Under the pieces are notes generated by a model, which saw only the letters and a list, made by a program, of their open reading frames with translations, was not told the origin of the DNA and searched no databases. Both the position numbers and the translations under genes were made by a program. Below are positions 1-18,836 of a DNA stretch of 64,000 bases, piece after piece (position 1 is the first letter of the stretch; every line of letters begins with the position of its first letter). Source of the DNA: Paraspadella gotoi (lineage: Eukaryota > Animalia > Chaetognatha); the NCBI GenBank assembly GCA_051294375.1, contig CM119264.1:23247955-23311954 (forward strand). Direction: 5' to 3'.

Positions 1-4370
<4,370 letters not shown>

Positions 4371-5375
4371 ATGGATGGATGGATGGATAGACGGACGGAC
4401 GAATGTACTGAAACAGGATCGGAAAGTTTTATGATTGGCTGGAGAAACAGACAGACTGTAAGGCAAAGGAAGAAATGAATTTAAACAAAGTTTTCTTCGC
4501 TGGAGACGGATTGATGGGAATACTTTTTCTCCGAAATGGCCACTTGTCATTTTTGCTGGACACAAATACCAGATCAGCGTTTTAGTCTTACAAAATCAAT
4601 TATAAATTTCCTCTAGTCATATTTTCTTTCGGACTCAATCCGAAAATCCATCGTCGAAAATGCAAACAAAATTTTTAGTCACTACTAAATGTTTTGTAGT
4701 GGACACACTCATCTTGGTCATATTAGTTTCACTAGAAAGAATCACGTGGTTCTTTTTACGTTCCAGTAACTGTCAATTAAAATTGTATGCTATTTTTTAG
4801 AACACCTTTCTAACTTTATCAAATGATTATCAGAAAAAAACTTTGAATATAACATCCTCGTACTCCGCATAGGGCGTTAAAATAGCAATATTAACACTGT
4901 GTAATTTATAATAACGTTATTCGTTACGTACTATTCAGTTAATAGCAAAACAAAACAAAAGCTAACTTCAAGTTGTATGTATAATTGTATATAGTATACT
5001 ATAGTACTATAGTATACTATTTACTGTATATGAAACCGTAACTTTAAGATTAGGTAGTTGACTTGAAGAGAAGGAAAGTTAGGCTGATAGATAGTTGATG
5101 AGTCCTACTCTTGTCCGCCAGGAGAATGATCGATAAGTAGTACTACAGTATTACATAGTGTTATAAAGATTATTGTTACATAAATAAGCGCTGGCAAATT
5201 CTCTCATTTTCCCTTCTTTCGTTGTCTCCAATTTTAACTTGTTTTTCCTCTTTTCCATTTTTGCCGTTGCGCTCCAAAAACTTTCTCCCTCTCTCTCTCT
5301 CTCTCTCTTCGCCCGTCCTATTGTTGAGCATTATCGCCCATTGTTCGCCCTGAAGGCGCGCGCTCGCGTTCGCGC

Positions 5376-5427
<52 letters not shown>

Positions 5428-5526
5428 CTCTTCCTCTCTTCTCTCTCTCTCTCTCTTCTCTCTCTCAATGACGCCGTGAATAGGCGAGGAGAACGGTAAA
5501 ATCTCTGACGCGCAAAGAGGAGGTCG

Positions 5527-5589
<63 letters not shown>

Positions 5590-6570
5590 GAGGAGAGAGA
5601 GAAAGAGACAGTGCGGTCCCGGACCATCAGGGAAAAATTCTTTTTCAGAATCTCTTGAGTTTTAGAAGGGGTAACTAACTAACTAACGCCTATTCTGATG
5701 AGCTTTTTTTTTCTCCTCCCAAATGAAAAATTAATTTTACCTGAAGAATCTGATTTTAATTATTTATCCTTAATCATTTATAATCTTTTTAAACTACCTG
5801 TAATTTTTAAACCATCGAAAAAACAAACAAACAAACAAGTTGGGAGTTTTGTATAGCGAACGGTTTATTATTAATGTACCACTCAAAAACTGTTTTATAG
5901 AGGATACACAGTGGACTAACAGTAAGAAATTCATGCACAGTACATTTTTTTTCATTTCTTTTTTTTTTTTTTTGAGCGGACTAAACGTGAGTTCTCGTCG
6001 TTTGTCTTTTGTTTTTATGTAAAGTATAAAACGTCTTTTAAAATTTTCAAAAAATATATATAAAAGCTTTATATATATATTTTTTAAGAAAAAAATTCAA
6101 CTCCGAGATATCACGGTACAATATTTTTACATAGGTCGGCTCTATTATTTTATTTTCAAGGTTGTCAAAAATTAGCCTAGCTTAGTATTTGCGAGGTAAC
6201 ATCAAATTAATGGTAGTAATGATAATAATAATAATACTAGGTCTATTTGACCCCGTGAACTAGGACATAAGGAAGTTTCCTCATAAAACCTTTGCAATAA
6301 AATAAAAGTTGAGTTTTCCTGAACAAAAAAATAAGAGCAAATATAATCGGAAATTTTAAAATGTTATAAAAAAAATTGTTATTTTCGTCCAATTTTTTAA
6401 TTCACCATTCCTTAATTAACCGTTCAATGTATAGGGCAAAACGGAGAAATACAATTAGTTTTGACGCACTGTAGGTTCGAACTGAAAAAAAAGAGAAAAA
6501 CAAAGTTCGAAATTTGGATTTTAAAAAATGCAGAGACCGAAGAGGAGTTATGACGCTAGGTGTTTCTTGG

Positions 6571-6846
6571 GAAAAGAGAGGAAAAGGGATTGAGATAGTA
6601 ATAGAAGGTAAAGATGGAGAAAAGAGAGGAAAAGGGATTGAGATAGGAATAGAAGGGAAAGATAGAGAAAAGACAGGAAAAGGGATTGAGATAGGAATGG
6701 GAAAAGATTGAGAAAAGAGGAGAAAAGGGAATGAGATAGGAATGAGAGAAAATGGAGAAAAGAGAGGAAAATGGATTGAGATAGGAATGGGAGAAGATGG
6801 AGAAAAGAGAGGAAAAGGGATTGAGAAAGGAATGGGAGAAGATGGA
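6571..6846. repeat. Purine-rich minisatellite, ~39-48 bp unit (GAAAAGAGAGGAAAAGGGATTGAGATAGGAATGGGAGAAGATGGA), 6 units
   Basis: Tandem units read directly; same array with 11 units at 19776-20262. Confidence 0.9.
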
Positions 6847-7150
6847 GGAATTGCAGGGTTGTTGGCAAAATGAGTCGATTGGGAAAAAAATGGGAACCGA
6901 TGAAGTTGAAATGGAAAAAAAAACTCAGTTTGACAAAAAAAGGAATAACAATCTGTGATAGGAATATCCAAGAAATCGAAAATACAGAGTGACTACGTTC
7001 GACGCTGACGTAAGTTAAATTCATTAAAAAAATTAAAGATAAACATCGCGATGGCATAAAAGCGGGAAAAAAAAGTGGCAGGGAAGGTATAGGCAGACAA
7101 TTGAACAGTTCAATGACAGGAGGGCGTAGAGAGAGGGAGAGAGAGAGAGG

Positions 7151-7183
<33 letters not shown>

Positions 7184-7184
7184 C

Positions 7185-7240
<56 letters not shown>

Positions 7241-7846
7241 GCCGGCTTCGTTATCTTAAAGACAACAGAGTATTGACATTTACTTTTTTCATGGTTAATA
7301 ATTGGAAAGAGAAGAGGGTAAAAAAGTGAGTCGTCGTTGTTGTTGTTGTTGTTTTCGTCGTTATCGTCGCTGGTTTGAATCCGATAGAGGATTATGAGAC
7401 ATGAGACATGAGTACAGCAGACACAAAAAAAAAATGGATTCCACCACAAAAAAAAATCCTTTGTGGCCAAAATTTTCTTTGTTAGTAAAACTAAATTTTG
7501 TTGGAATATTTTCTATCGTTACAAGAGTTACATTAAATCTCCGTGCACCTGATTGTGCTCAACCAACTTCTGCTCTCGCTCTCCAACTCTCTCTTGTTTT
7601 TTATACTTGGCATAGAAAACAAAGTAATTTTATGCAAATATAGTTTTAAGCTTTCCTCACGTGGTGACGTTTTCTTTAGAAAGGATTTAATAGATTTACT
7701 ATTTGACAGACAGATAGTAAAAAAATGAGAGAAAGAGAGGGACAGGAGAGGAACAGAAAAAATCTTTTTCAAGTATACACGTAAAGAAAAAGTTTAAAAG
7801 ATACAACGTTAATCATGTTTTTTTTTTTCAAATAAAAAAACAAATT

Positions 7847-8266
7847 TCAAGCTGAGTTAGTGAGCGTTTGGCCGCGGGTGGGCGAGGACGCCGGGGCGCG
7901 CCCGTACCGCGGATCCGGCGTAGAACGGCGCCGATCGCGTGTCTCGTCGTCGCCGCTGACGTCGTCGTCGTCGACGCCGATCATTGAAGCGGCGTCGTTA
8001 TCGGACGGCGCCTCCTCGTAGCGCGCCGCTTTGGACCGGAAGTCGGCCCTGGCGCGGGCGTCGTCGTAAGAGTCGTCGTCGGAATCGGCGCCGGGCGGAG
8101 CGGCCATGAGGCGGCGCCGGAAAAGTTCGGCTTCGTCGAGGTCGTGACTAGAGGAGGAAGGGAGGAACGGGGCCGTCGGCGGAGCCAGGTGGGCGTCAAG
8201 CCCGGGCACGCCCCCGCGAGAAGGAGGAGAATGACCGGGGCCGTCAGGACTGCGGCCCGGGGAGAG
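7847..8266 (-). CDS. SoxD: SoxD terminal coding exon (copy 1): LSPGRSPDG...acidic/Pro-rich tail...TLTNSA*
   Basis: Polypyrimidine plus CAG acceptor at 8267; 140 codons ending in a stop; phase 0 matches the preceding exon. Confidence 0.75.
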   Translation of the reverse strand, partial: LSPGRSPDGPGHSPPSRGGVPGLDAHLAPPTAPFLPSSSSHDLDEAELFRRRLMAAPPGADSDDDSYDDARARADFRSKAARYEEAPSDNDAASMIGVDDDDVSGDDETRDRRRSTPDPRYGRAPASSPTRGQTLTNSA

Positions 8267-8551
8267 CTGCAGGAAGAAGAGAAGGTTGAAGTGATTGAGG
8301 GACAGAGGATGAATCGGTTAATTAATTAGTTGCTTTAATGATTAATTGTTTGAATTTTTATTCATTTATTTANNNNNNNNNNNNNNNNNNNNNNNNNNNN
8401 NNNNNNNNNNNNNNNNNNNNNNNNNNNNNNNNNNNNNNNNNNNNNNNNNNNNNNNNNNNNNNNNNNNNNNNNNNNNNNNNNNNNNNNNNNNNNNNNNNNN
8501 NNNNNNNNNNNNNNNNNNNNNNNNNNNNNNNNNNNNNNNNNNNTCACTCAC

Positions 8552-8625
8552 GTATTGCGAACTCGGCGGTCCTAGCATCGAGGGATGAGGCAGCATTCCC
8601 GGTACGAAGGGGTTGGACGAGGAGA
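8552..8625 (-). CDS. SoxD: SoxD internal exon (copy 1, 5' part hidden by Ns): ..NPFVPGMLPHPSMLGPPSSQY
   Basis: GTGAG donor at 8551; full exon visible in copy 2 at 22032-22140. Confidence 0.65.
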
Positions 8626-8858
8626 NNNNNNNNNNNNNNNNNNNNNNNNNNNNNNNNNNNNNNNNNNNNNNNNNNNNNNNNNNNNNNNNNNNNNNNNNNN
8701 NNNNNNNNNNNNNNNNNNNNNNNNNNNNNNNNNNNNNNNNNNNNNNNNNNNNNNNNNNNNNNNNNNNNNNNNNNNNNNNNNNNNNNNNNNNNNNNNNNNN
8801 NNNNNNNNNNNNNNNNNNNNNNNNNNNNNNNNNNNNNNNNNNNNNNNNNNNNACTCAC

Positions 8859-9001
8859 TGAGCAGGCCTTCGACGAAGGTGGTGCCGCCGTCCCCGTACC
8901 AGATCCGTCTGACTTCCTGTCGCCGGGCGCGCATTAGACTCTTGTATTCGGAGATGCGGAGTTTCTTGCCGTCAACGATGCAAGTGCGTTTGGGGCGCGG
9001 C
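8859..9001 (-). CDS. SoxD: SoxD exon immediately after the HMG box: (R)[47 protein letters not shown]
   Basis: [26 protein letters not shown] is the SoxD-specific (SOX5/SOX6/Sox102F/EGL-13) post-HMG signature; AAG acceptor and GTGAGT donor. Confidence 0.93.
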
Positions 9002-12000
9002 CTTGGGAGGACATTGAAAGGACATTAGGCACATGACGCAATTCAACGATCGAACCACGAATCAATTCGTCATTTAACCAATTCGTCATTTAACCAACAC
9101 ATTCAATCGATTATTCCCTCTGAATATTATTGGCCATTCTTTCCCACGTTTATTCGTTTCTTTTAAAAGTTTTGGGTTTTTTTCGANNNNNNNNNNNNNN
9201 NNNNNNNNNNNTGGGTTTGTTTTTTTTTCTTTTTCGAAGAGGGTCGTTGTCATTTTTCGTCGTCGGTCAGCGTCCGTCCGACATCATATTACTTTGTGTG
9301 GAAATTAGCTCTTCGATTTGCTACTAACCCTCGGCTCTCTCTCTCTCTCTCTCTCGTCTCGATCTCTCTCTCCTAAGCTAACCTTCCTTGCTCTCTGCTC
9401 TACTCCTCGTTGCTCATCGATCTCTCCTTACTTTCGTCTCTCTCTCTCCTCATCCGAGCTCCGAAAGTATTTGTTTGTTAACCCGAAACTTTGCTTGATT
9501 CTTGATTTTTGTTAATATTTGCCCAATGTGACCCTTAAAATTAAGGCCATCTGCTCTGACAATAGTGAGGATTCTATTCCGCTCAGTTCCTTCCTCTTGA
9601 GCCGGGAATGTCGGTTAGTGTTTCTTTTTCTAGTTTATATTCTTACCTATTGTGATGAGAAAAGAGAAGAGAACCCTTGATGCTTCCACTTCATTTTAGT
9701 CGTGTAGAGTTTGATGCAACTTAGAGAAGTAGTAGAAAAAATATATAGATTTACTGGCAATAATTTAATAAATCGAGAGATAACTAGGACTGGAAGGAAG
9801 TGGTAGAGAGAGGTTCTCGCGGATGGCGAGCGCACAAAAAGATCGGGAATTGAGGAGAGAGCAAGTCGAGACTGAAGACGCCAGGAGATGAGAGGTTTTA
9901 ATATTTGAGAGAAGTAGTGTAGATATGATGACAAGCGATTATTATATTCGTGTGTCCGATAAAATTGTTTCTCTGAATTACTACAATATTTTTCGCAAAA
10001 TACTTAAACAATAAGTTTGCATGTGATAAAATGTATGTTTTTGTTTTCGGAACATGTCGTTTTTTTTTTCTTTTTGACTTGAGCAGCTAAAAAAAGTAGG
10101 CGTTGCAGTCTAGAAACAGTGAGCGCCTATTCGTCCCAGAAGAATATCTATATAATCTCTATTAAAAAATGATCTTATCGTCACTTTGTATAGGTGTCAA
10201 TAATCAGATCTCTCTCTCTACTTCCATTCGACCATGTTTCGATTCCTCTCTTCTCCTTTACTGTTATACTCACCTCGACCTGGATGATCCCTAAAGATAA
10301 CATGTCATGCCTCCTCTCTCGATGTATCTGAGGATCTCTGAGAACTACGCACGTACCTCTACATCCTCGAATCTACTCCTCCCGCTCTGCACTTCTTCCC
10401 TGCTCGCGTTCTCGTCCGTACTCGTCGTGTGGTCTCCTTTGTCTGTACTCTCTCACTCTCTCTGCTCTCAGTGGGTTGCGCAGTGTGCGCACACTTCGCA
10501 CTACAAATTCCTTATTATTAAGATAGATTTGATATCAACAAACACTCTGGCGTTAAGGTCAACAGTGAACTATGATTAAACGCTCAGACGCGAGAGAGTG
10601 CAGAGGGAAGAGAGGATGCGCATTTGCTGGTTGATGGGCAAGATGTGATCGCCGAGTATGTTTTTGCGCAAGCACGTCGGAGACGAGAATATACGAGTAT
10701 GGGCGATAGAGATCGGGAGATTAATCCTTTGGGCATGATACATCCACATGCAACTAGTGCTCATACATATCTCTTATAATATTTTCTTCAACAACTTCTC
10801 TCTGCTTTTCATTCTCATCTCAACATTCTGTCATCTTGTTTAATCTCTGATATATCGGCTGCGAAGCTTTATCACTGTGTCAGTGGTTGACCTCTTACTA
10901 CATCTTTCGCTCTCTCTGATATATGCGTCCGTGTGGGCTCTCTGCAAGTGGCCAAGACTTGTGTTCTCTTGGGGTTGAAGTCGTGGTATAAGTCAGAGAC
11001 AAAAGCCGCCAAAGGACGAAGAGAAAATATATTGAGTCCGATAGGAGAAGAACATTTTTTCTTTTATTTTTGTTTTTGTTCTTTATTAGAACAATAGGGA
11101 AATAATTTTGTAAGAGCAATATAGGTCGGATATAGAAAGATGATATAATTAGATATAGGATATTTTTTACTTGTTCAAGAGCGCCAAAAGTAAGATCCTC
11201 TTTTGTCGTTGTTTTGGCCCTCAAACTAATGGTATAATGAGAATGATTTATTTTTGGAAAATAAATATAAAACTAGATCAATCTGAGTATGAATTTTTGA
11301 TGTGAGAGTGCTCGCGCCGAGAGGACAAATGGAAGCGACCGAAATAAGAGAAAAGAGAGAGAGTGAAGAAAAAGAGTAGGATGAACAAAACGTATTTTCT
11401 AGATTCTTCGTCCGTCCGCGGGACTGAAAATGTAGTGATATTGAACAGTAGACCACAGTAATATCGGATTCTTAAGTGCGACTTCTTTTGTGACAAGCAA
11501 CGATGGAGCAAGACCAATCGCACGGACGAGAAAACGTCATAAATTATTATGTTCTTGTTAATCTAGCTGATTTTCATCTCTCATCATGAATCTACATCTT
11601 ACTGTCGAGTGAATACGCGCTTACTACTAGACCATACTTCTCTGACATCAGCTCTCAGTCACTTACTCCGCGCAGCATAACTCTTTGTCTATCATCTCAT
11701 TTCTTTCTCTTCATCCGCTTTCGTCCTCCTCTCACTCTCATTATTCATTTGATTTTTTCTACATCTTATATTCTCATTCACTTCCTTCCTTCCTTTCTCT
11801 CCATCTTCCATTCTCCTGGCATACTCCTATATTAGCACACATATCCTAGTATATATCTTGATTGATCCTCATGCAAACACTCAATACAATAATGAGGAAA
11901 CTCAAATTCATACATCGACGATTTTTTCTTATAATCTCCGTCATAATCCATCATCATTCTTAGTCTATCTCTATCTTATCAACTCATTTACCTGTCGATC

Positions 12001-13777
12001 GACCGCCGCGCCGACGCACCGACACCCGCGTCACCAACCGACTCTAGGTCGCCCTTTCTGGCGGATCATCGCAACCCGGCACGCGGACAGGCCGCAAGGA
12101 CCTGGACCCTCCTGCACGACACAGTGCTGACCACTTGGCACCACCAGTACGGACCAGTGCGACCACACGTGCCGGACCAGTCTGGCATCGCCTGAGCAAA
12201 GACGAACCAGCAGACCGGCTCGGAAGACTCATCAGTCGGTAACGGAAGACAAGGTGGACTTGGAAGCAAGCATGGAAGTGGTTTAAGTAAAGAGATCAGT
12301 TGCAAATCGTTGGTAAGAATTTGTGATTTGCATCAAATCAGTTAAAAGAAAGATAAAGATGTTATCAACAAGTAATCGAAATAGAGTAAGCCATGTCAAT
12401 CGAAATCGGAAGGTAACATACTGTGTCATCAAATCCGCTGTGTGATCATGCAATCTTGTATTAATCATCATTATCATCATCATCCATCTATCATCTTCAT
12501 TGATCATCTTCATGACCGTTGCGACATTCATTTCAAATGAGTCTATTTTGAGACGTAGAGGAAGAATCAGAGGAGGAAAATTCTTAGCAAATTCATTAAT
12601 GACGCCGGGTTTGGGGACGACAGCCGGACCGGCGCTGCACCGCGTCTCTGCGTTCAACTACTGCAGCGTATCTCGACTTAGCGACAGACGGCAATGGCAT
12701 ATGCTTGTGCTGCGCGCGCGCGAGCGCGTGTAATTTATAAGGTGTTAGTTATATCATGATAGATACTCTCACCAGATCTTTTCTATTTTTTCTTCCATGG
12801 CCGAGACGAGATGAGACCAGATAGAATCTCTCTCGTAATTATTCTCTCTCTGAGAGTGAAATTTGTCGATAAATATTTCGCAAAATAAATTTGCATTAAA
12901 GTATTTTGTTTCGAAATGTCGATTTTTTTTCTTTTTTGACTTGAGAGCTAAAAAAAGTTGGTTGAGATAAGAGGCCTTTCTTCCACCAAAGAATTCATCA
13001 AAAGATCTTCGCCTTTGCAAATTNNNNNNNNNNNNNNNNNNNNNNNNNNNNNNNNNNNNNNNNNNNNNNNNNNNNNNNNNNNNNNNNNNNNNNNNNNNNN
13101 NNNNNNNNNNNNNNNNNNNNNNNNNNNNNNNNNNNNNNNNNNNNNNNNNNNNNNNNNNNNNNNNNNNNNNNNNNNNNNNNNNNNNNNNNNNNNNNNNNNN
13201 NNNNNNNNNNNNNNNNNNNNNNNNNNNNNNNNNNNNNNNNNNNNNNNNNNNNNNAACTCGGAATTCTTTTCTTCTCCAGCAGCTTCATTTCTTTTTTTCT
13301 CTCTCTCTTTTCTTTCTTCATTTGTTTGTTTTCCTTTTTCCAAGTTTAATTGCATTTTTCTCTCTCTTTTCAGATTTTTTTCGGGGGCTGAAGTTGGAAA
13401 CTGTTCTTTGGTTGACTTTTAGCTCAGCAATAAAAAAAGTATAAACAAAAGGAGGAAAGAGAAAATTAAAAAGGAATTTAACTTGAGGCAAGAATAGGAT
13501 GGTAAAGTATGGAAGCATTTATATAATTATGAAGTGTAAGATTCAAATCAATAAGCGCGAAGATGAGAAAAATGAAAAAAAAAGATAGAGACAAANNNNN
13601 NNNNNNNNNNNNNNNNNNNNNNNNNNNNNNNNNNNNNNNNNNNNNNNNNNNNNNNNNNNNNNNNNNNNNNNNNNNNNNNNNNNNNNNNNNNNNNNNNNNN
13701 NNNNNNNNNNNNNNNNNNNNNNNNNNNNNNNNNNNNNNNNNNNNNNNNNNNNNNNNNNNNNNTTTGATTTTAAAAAT

Positions 13778-13825
13778 CATCATCGTCATCATCATCATTC
13801 TCCTATTCACCATTATTATCATTAT

Positions 13826-13857
<32 letters not shown>

Positions 13858-13980
13858 ATTTTATAATCATCATCATAATCATCATCATCATTATCATCTT
13901 CATCATCATCATCATCATCATCGTCAATTTTATAATCATCATAATCATCATCATCATTATCATCTTCATTATCATCTTCA
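13778..13980. repeat. (ATC)n trinucleotide array
   Basis: Imperfect ATC/ATT repeats; source of spurious poly-I/M/D ORFs. Confidence 0.9.
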
Positions 13981-14231
13981 TGACCGTCGACATTCATCAA
14001 ATGAGTCTATTTGAGACGAAGAGGAAGAATCAGAGAGAAAATTCTTACAAATCATTAATGACGCCGGTTTGGGGACGACAGCCGGACCGGCGCTGCACCG
14101 GCTCTGCGTCAATACTGCAGCGCCGCTGCGCCGACGCTGCATCGGCGACACTTTTTTTGTGAGGAAGTATGAAACGATGTCATCAGGACCAAGAGAGAAA
14201 TAATAGAAAAGTCTTAATGGGAGGCGGTGGG

Positions 14232-14267
<36 letters not shown>

Positions 14268-16498
14268 NNNNNNNNNNNNNNNNNNNNNNNNNNNNNNNNN
14301 NNNNNNNNNNNNNNNNNNNNNNNNNNNNNNNNNNNNNNNNNNNNNNNNNNNNNNNNNNNNNNNNNNNNNNNNNNNNNNNNNNNNNNNNNNNNNNNNNNNN
14401 NNNNNNNNNNNNNNNNNNNNNNNNNNNNNNNNNNNNNNNNNNNNNNNNNNNNNNNNNNNNNNNNNNNNNNNNNNNNNNNNNNNNNNNNNNNNNNNNNNNN
14501 NNNNNNNNNNNNNNNNNNNNNNNNNNNNNNNNNNNNNNNNNNNNNNNNNNNNNNNNNNNNNNNNNNNNNNNNNNNNNNNNNNNNNNNAAAGAGACTAAAA
14601 TAAAGAGAAACGACGGAACGAGGAGAAGATGTCTTTCTCAATTTCGTTTCAAACCGAATCTTTTTTTTTNNNNNNNNNNNNNNNNNNNNNNNNNAACCCT
14701 TTTTTCCCTTCTTTTTCTTCGGTTTTCTTTCTCTTTATTCGTCGTCGTCGTCGTCGTCATTCAGCTCCTCGTCGTTGTCTTGTTCCGTCCGTCGTCGTCC
14801 GTCGTCGACGTCGTCGTCGTCGTCGTCGCGTCGTCGTCGTCCGTCGTCGTCGTCCCACCGCCCCTCCCATTTAGACTTTCTATTATTATCTCTCTTGGTC
14901 CCTGATGAATCTCGTTTCATACTTCCTTCCACAAAAAAAGTGTCGCCGATGCCGCGTCGGCGCAGCCGCCCCGAGCGGTTAGGGTACGCTGCAGTAGTAT
15001 TATTTTTTGACGACCAGAGCGGTGCAGCCAAATACGCCGGTCCGTCCGCGGCTTTCTCGTCCCTATCGACATGCTATAGACTCATAGCGTGCTACAATAC
15101 GCTCATTGTCGTCTCATCTTTCGTTAAGAGGCTGTCCCATACGTCGGCGCTTTCTTCCCTCGCTGTATTATTTGTCCCCCTACATACACATTCCACTAGT
15201 TTTTTTCCCCACACTGCACCTATACTTGTCTATTATCTTGTGTTTTATCCCTAACCCCAAACCCGGTGCCCAGTCTTAATCATTTGTAAGGAAAAGAAGA
15301 ATATTTCTCATCTAGATTATTCTTCCTCTTTCTCCGTTCTCAAAACTAGACTCATGTTTTGATTGTAATTCGTTTCGGACGGATTCCGTATCACTTCTGA
15401 TAAGATTTGATTACTTACCTGCTATGATTGATAAAATATGACTATTGCATTAAAATTATTTGACTGCGATAGAAAATGGAATGATGTATGTATGATATGA
15501 ATGTTATAATGATAATCAATCGCGTTTATTTAGTCTCGAGAATGATGCATGATATGATGATGATGACGATGATGATCTTTTTTTAAAATCAAGATGATAA
15601 TATGTCGCGCGAGTACATCGTCGTATAAAAAAAAAAAATGAATTAAACAAAGTTTATCTGTCTGCTGTGTAATGGAACTGCTTTACATTGTTCTTTACTA
15701 TTCCTCACAAAATGTCTCTGTTCATTATGAAATTCCTAATTATAAAAAGAAATTTTCATAATTTTATAGGACGTCGTCGGTGTGTTTGTCTGCTCTCTTC
15801 TTTCAACTTGTCACAAGAAGAAAAAGTTCCAGCTCTTAGATAGGGAAATCGAAATAAAATATTAACTTGTACTGCAGTTTCATATTATATTTTGCAAAGG
15901 AAGAAGAGAATCTCGCGTTCGTTTTTTTCTCTAAAAACTGAAATTTCCCCTTTTTTTTTTTTTTTTTTCATTTTTTATCTCATCTTTTCTCGCCGTTTTA
16001 TATTGATTTTACATCTTACACCTTTCTATATTACTTAAATGCTTCCATACTTTACCATCCTTATCTTGCCTCAATGTTAAAATTTCTTTTTAATTTTGTC
16101 TCCTTTCCTACCTTTGTTTTAACTTTTTTTTTTTTTTTTTTTTTTTTTTGTTATTTCTTTGTTTGCCTTAGCTGACGCGCTTAAAGAGTCAACCAAGAAA
16201 GAAGAAAACCAGTTATTACCAACTTCATGCCCCCAAAAAAAAAAATTTCTGAATAAATCGAGCATCTAATAATTCGTAAGAAAGAAAGAGGATGGGAAGC
16301 GAAGAAAGCATATTGCAAATTAAACTTGGGAAAAAAAAAAAAAAAAAGAAAAACAAACAAATTTAAGAAAGGGGAAGAAAAATAGACAGAGCAGAGAGAG
16401 AAAAGGAAAAAAAAAAAAAAAAAAGGAAAACAAATAATGAAGCTGCTGGAGAAAAGGAAGAAGAAACAAGAATTCCGAGTCTCTCTCTCCTCTTCTCT

Positions 16499-16541
<43 letters not shown>

Positions 16542-16802
16542 TCTATCTCTCTCTCTCTCTCTCTCTACGTCTCCTTTTAATCCTTAAACCCAATGTTTTT
16601 GTCAAATTCATCTCCATTAAGATTTCGGAAGAGGCTATGGGTCCCCTCACAGCTCTTTTGCTTTTTAGAGCCACAAATTACCAGAGAACGAGGAGGAGAG
16701 AGAAGAGAGGAGAGGAGAGTAGAGAGGAGAGGAGAGAGAGGAGAAAGAAGAGAAAGAGAGAGAGAGAGAGAAGAGAACATTCAAAACAAGACGTTTAATT
16801 TT

Positions 16803-17730
<928 letters not shown>

Positions 17731-17903
17731 GGAAGATCTTTAATGGAATTCTTGGTTTTGGAAGAAAGGCCTCTTTATCTCAAACCAACTTTTTTTTTTA
17801 GCTCTCAAGTCAAAAAAGAAAAAAAAAAAAAATCTACTTTCGAAACAAAATACTTTAATGCAAATTTATTTTGCAAATTATTTATCGACAAATTTCACTC
17901 TCT

Positions 17904-17954
<51 letters not shown>

Positions 17955-18436
17955 CTCTCTCTGAGAATATCTGAAGTAACGACGATTCCGCCCCACCCAA
18001 GAAGGAACTGAGAAGATTCCTGTCAGATCTTTAATGAGGTCAATTGGGAAGAAAAAATGAAGGAATTCGACGAGAGAGAGGGAAGGAGAGAGAGGAGAGA
18101 GAAAGAGAGAGAGAGAGAGACCGAGGAAGAGAGAGAGTGAGAGGATTGAGGAGTGAGAGACGAGAGAGAATCCGAAGATAATTTCACAAAAAGTGATATG
18201 ATGTCACGCCGACGCAAAATGACAACGACTTTTCGATAAAAAAAAAAACCAAAACTTTTAAAAGAAACGACATAAACTGCGGAAAGAAAATGGCAATAAT
18301 ATCAGAAGAGAATAATCGATTGAATTTTGTGTTGGATTTTTTTAAATGACGAATTGGTTTTAATGACGAATTGATCGTGGATTATTCGATCCGTTGATTG
18401 CGTCATGTGCCTAATGTCCTTTCAATGTCCTCCAAG

Positions 18437-18579
18437 GGCCGCCCCCAAACCGCACTTGCATCGTTGACGGCAAGAAACTCCGCATCTCCGAATACAAGAG
18501 TCTAATGCCGCCGGCGACAGGAAAGTCAGACGGATCTGTATACGGGGACGCTGGCACCACCTTCGTCGAAGGCCGCTCC
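18437..18579 (+). pseudogene. SoxD: Inverted, indel-containing copy of the Sox[14 protein letters not shown] exon
   Basis: cgcacttgcatcgttgacggcaagaaactccgcatctccgaatacaagagtctaatg on + strand; lies within the fold-back segment. Confidence 0.8.
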
Positions 18580-18597
18580 GTGAGAGTTCAAAGGTCT

Positions 18598-18682
<85 letters not shown>

Positions 18683-18804
18683 AGATGACGCGTGAAAGCG
18701 GAGGAGAACGGTAAATCTCTGAGCGCAAAAGAGGAGGTCGGGAGAGAGAGAAAAAAGAGATGAGAGAGAAGAGAGAAGAAGAAGAAAGAGGAGAGAGAGA
18801 GAGA

Positions 18805-18836
<32 letters not shown>

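Noticed and set aside
6571-6846. CRISPR-like array or repeat protein (GKGIEIG..)
   Set aside because: Units are contiguous with no unique spacers, there are no cas genes, the context is eukaryotic, and frames are not conserved in the second copy
9300-12750. Novel unique sequence or small ORFs
   Set aside because: Contains garbled echoes of 22.7-24.4 kb (e.g. 10075-10100 vs 23095-23120; 11460-11530 vs 23848-23905; 12540-12670 vs 14000-14120), so it is a low-quality read copy
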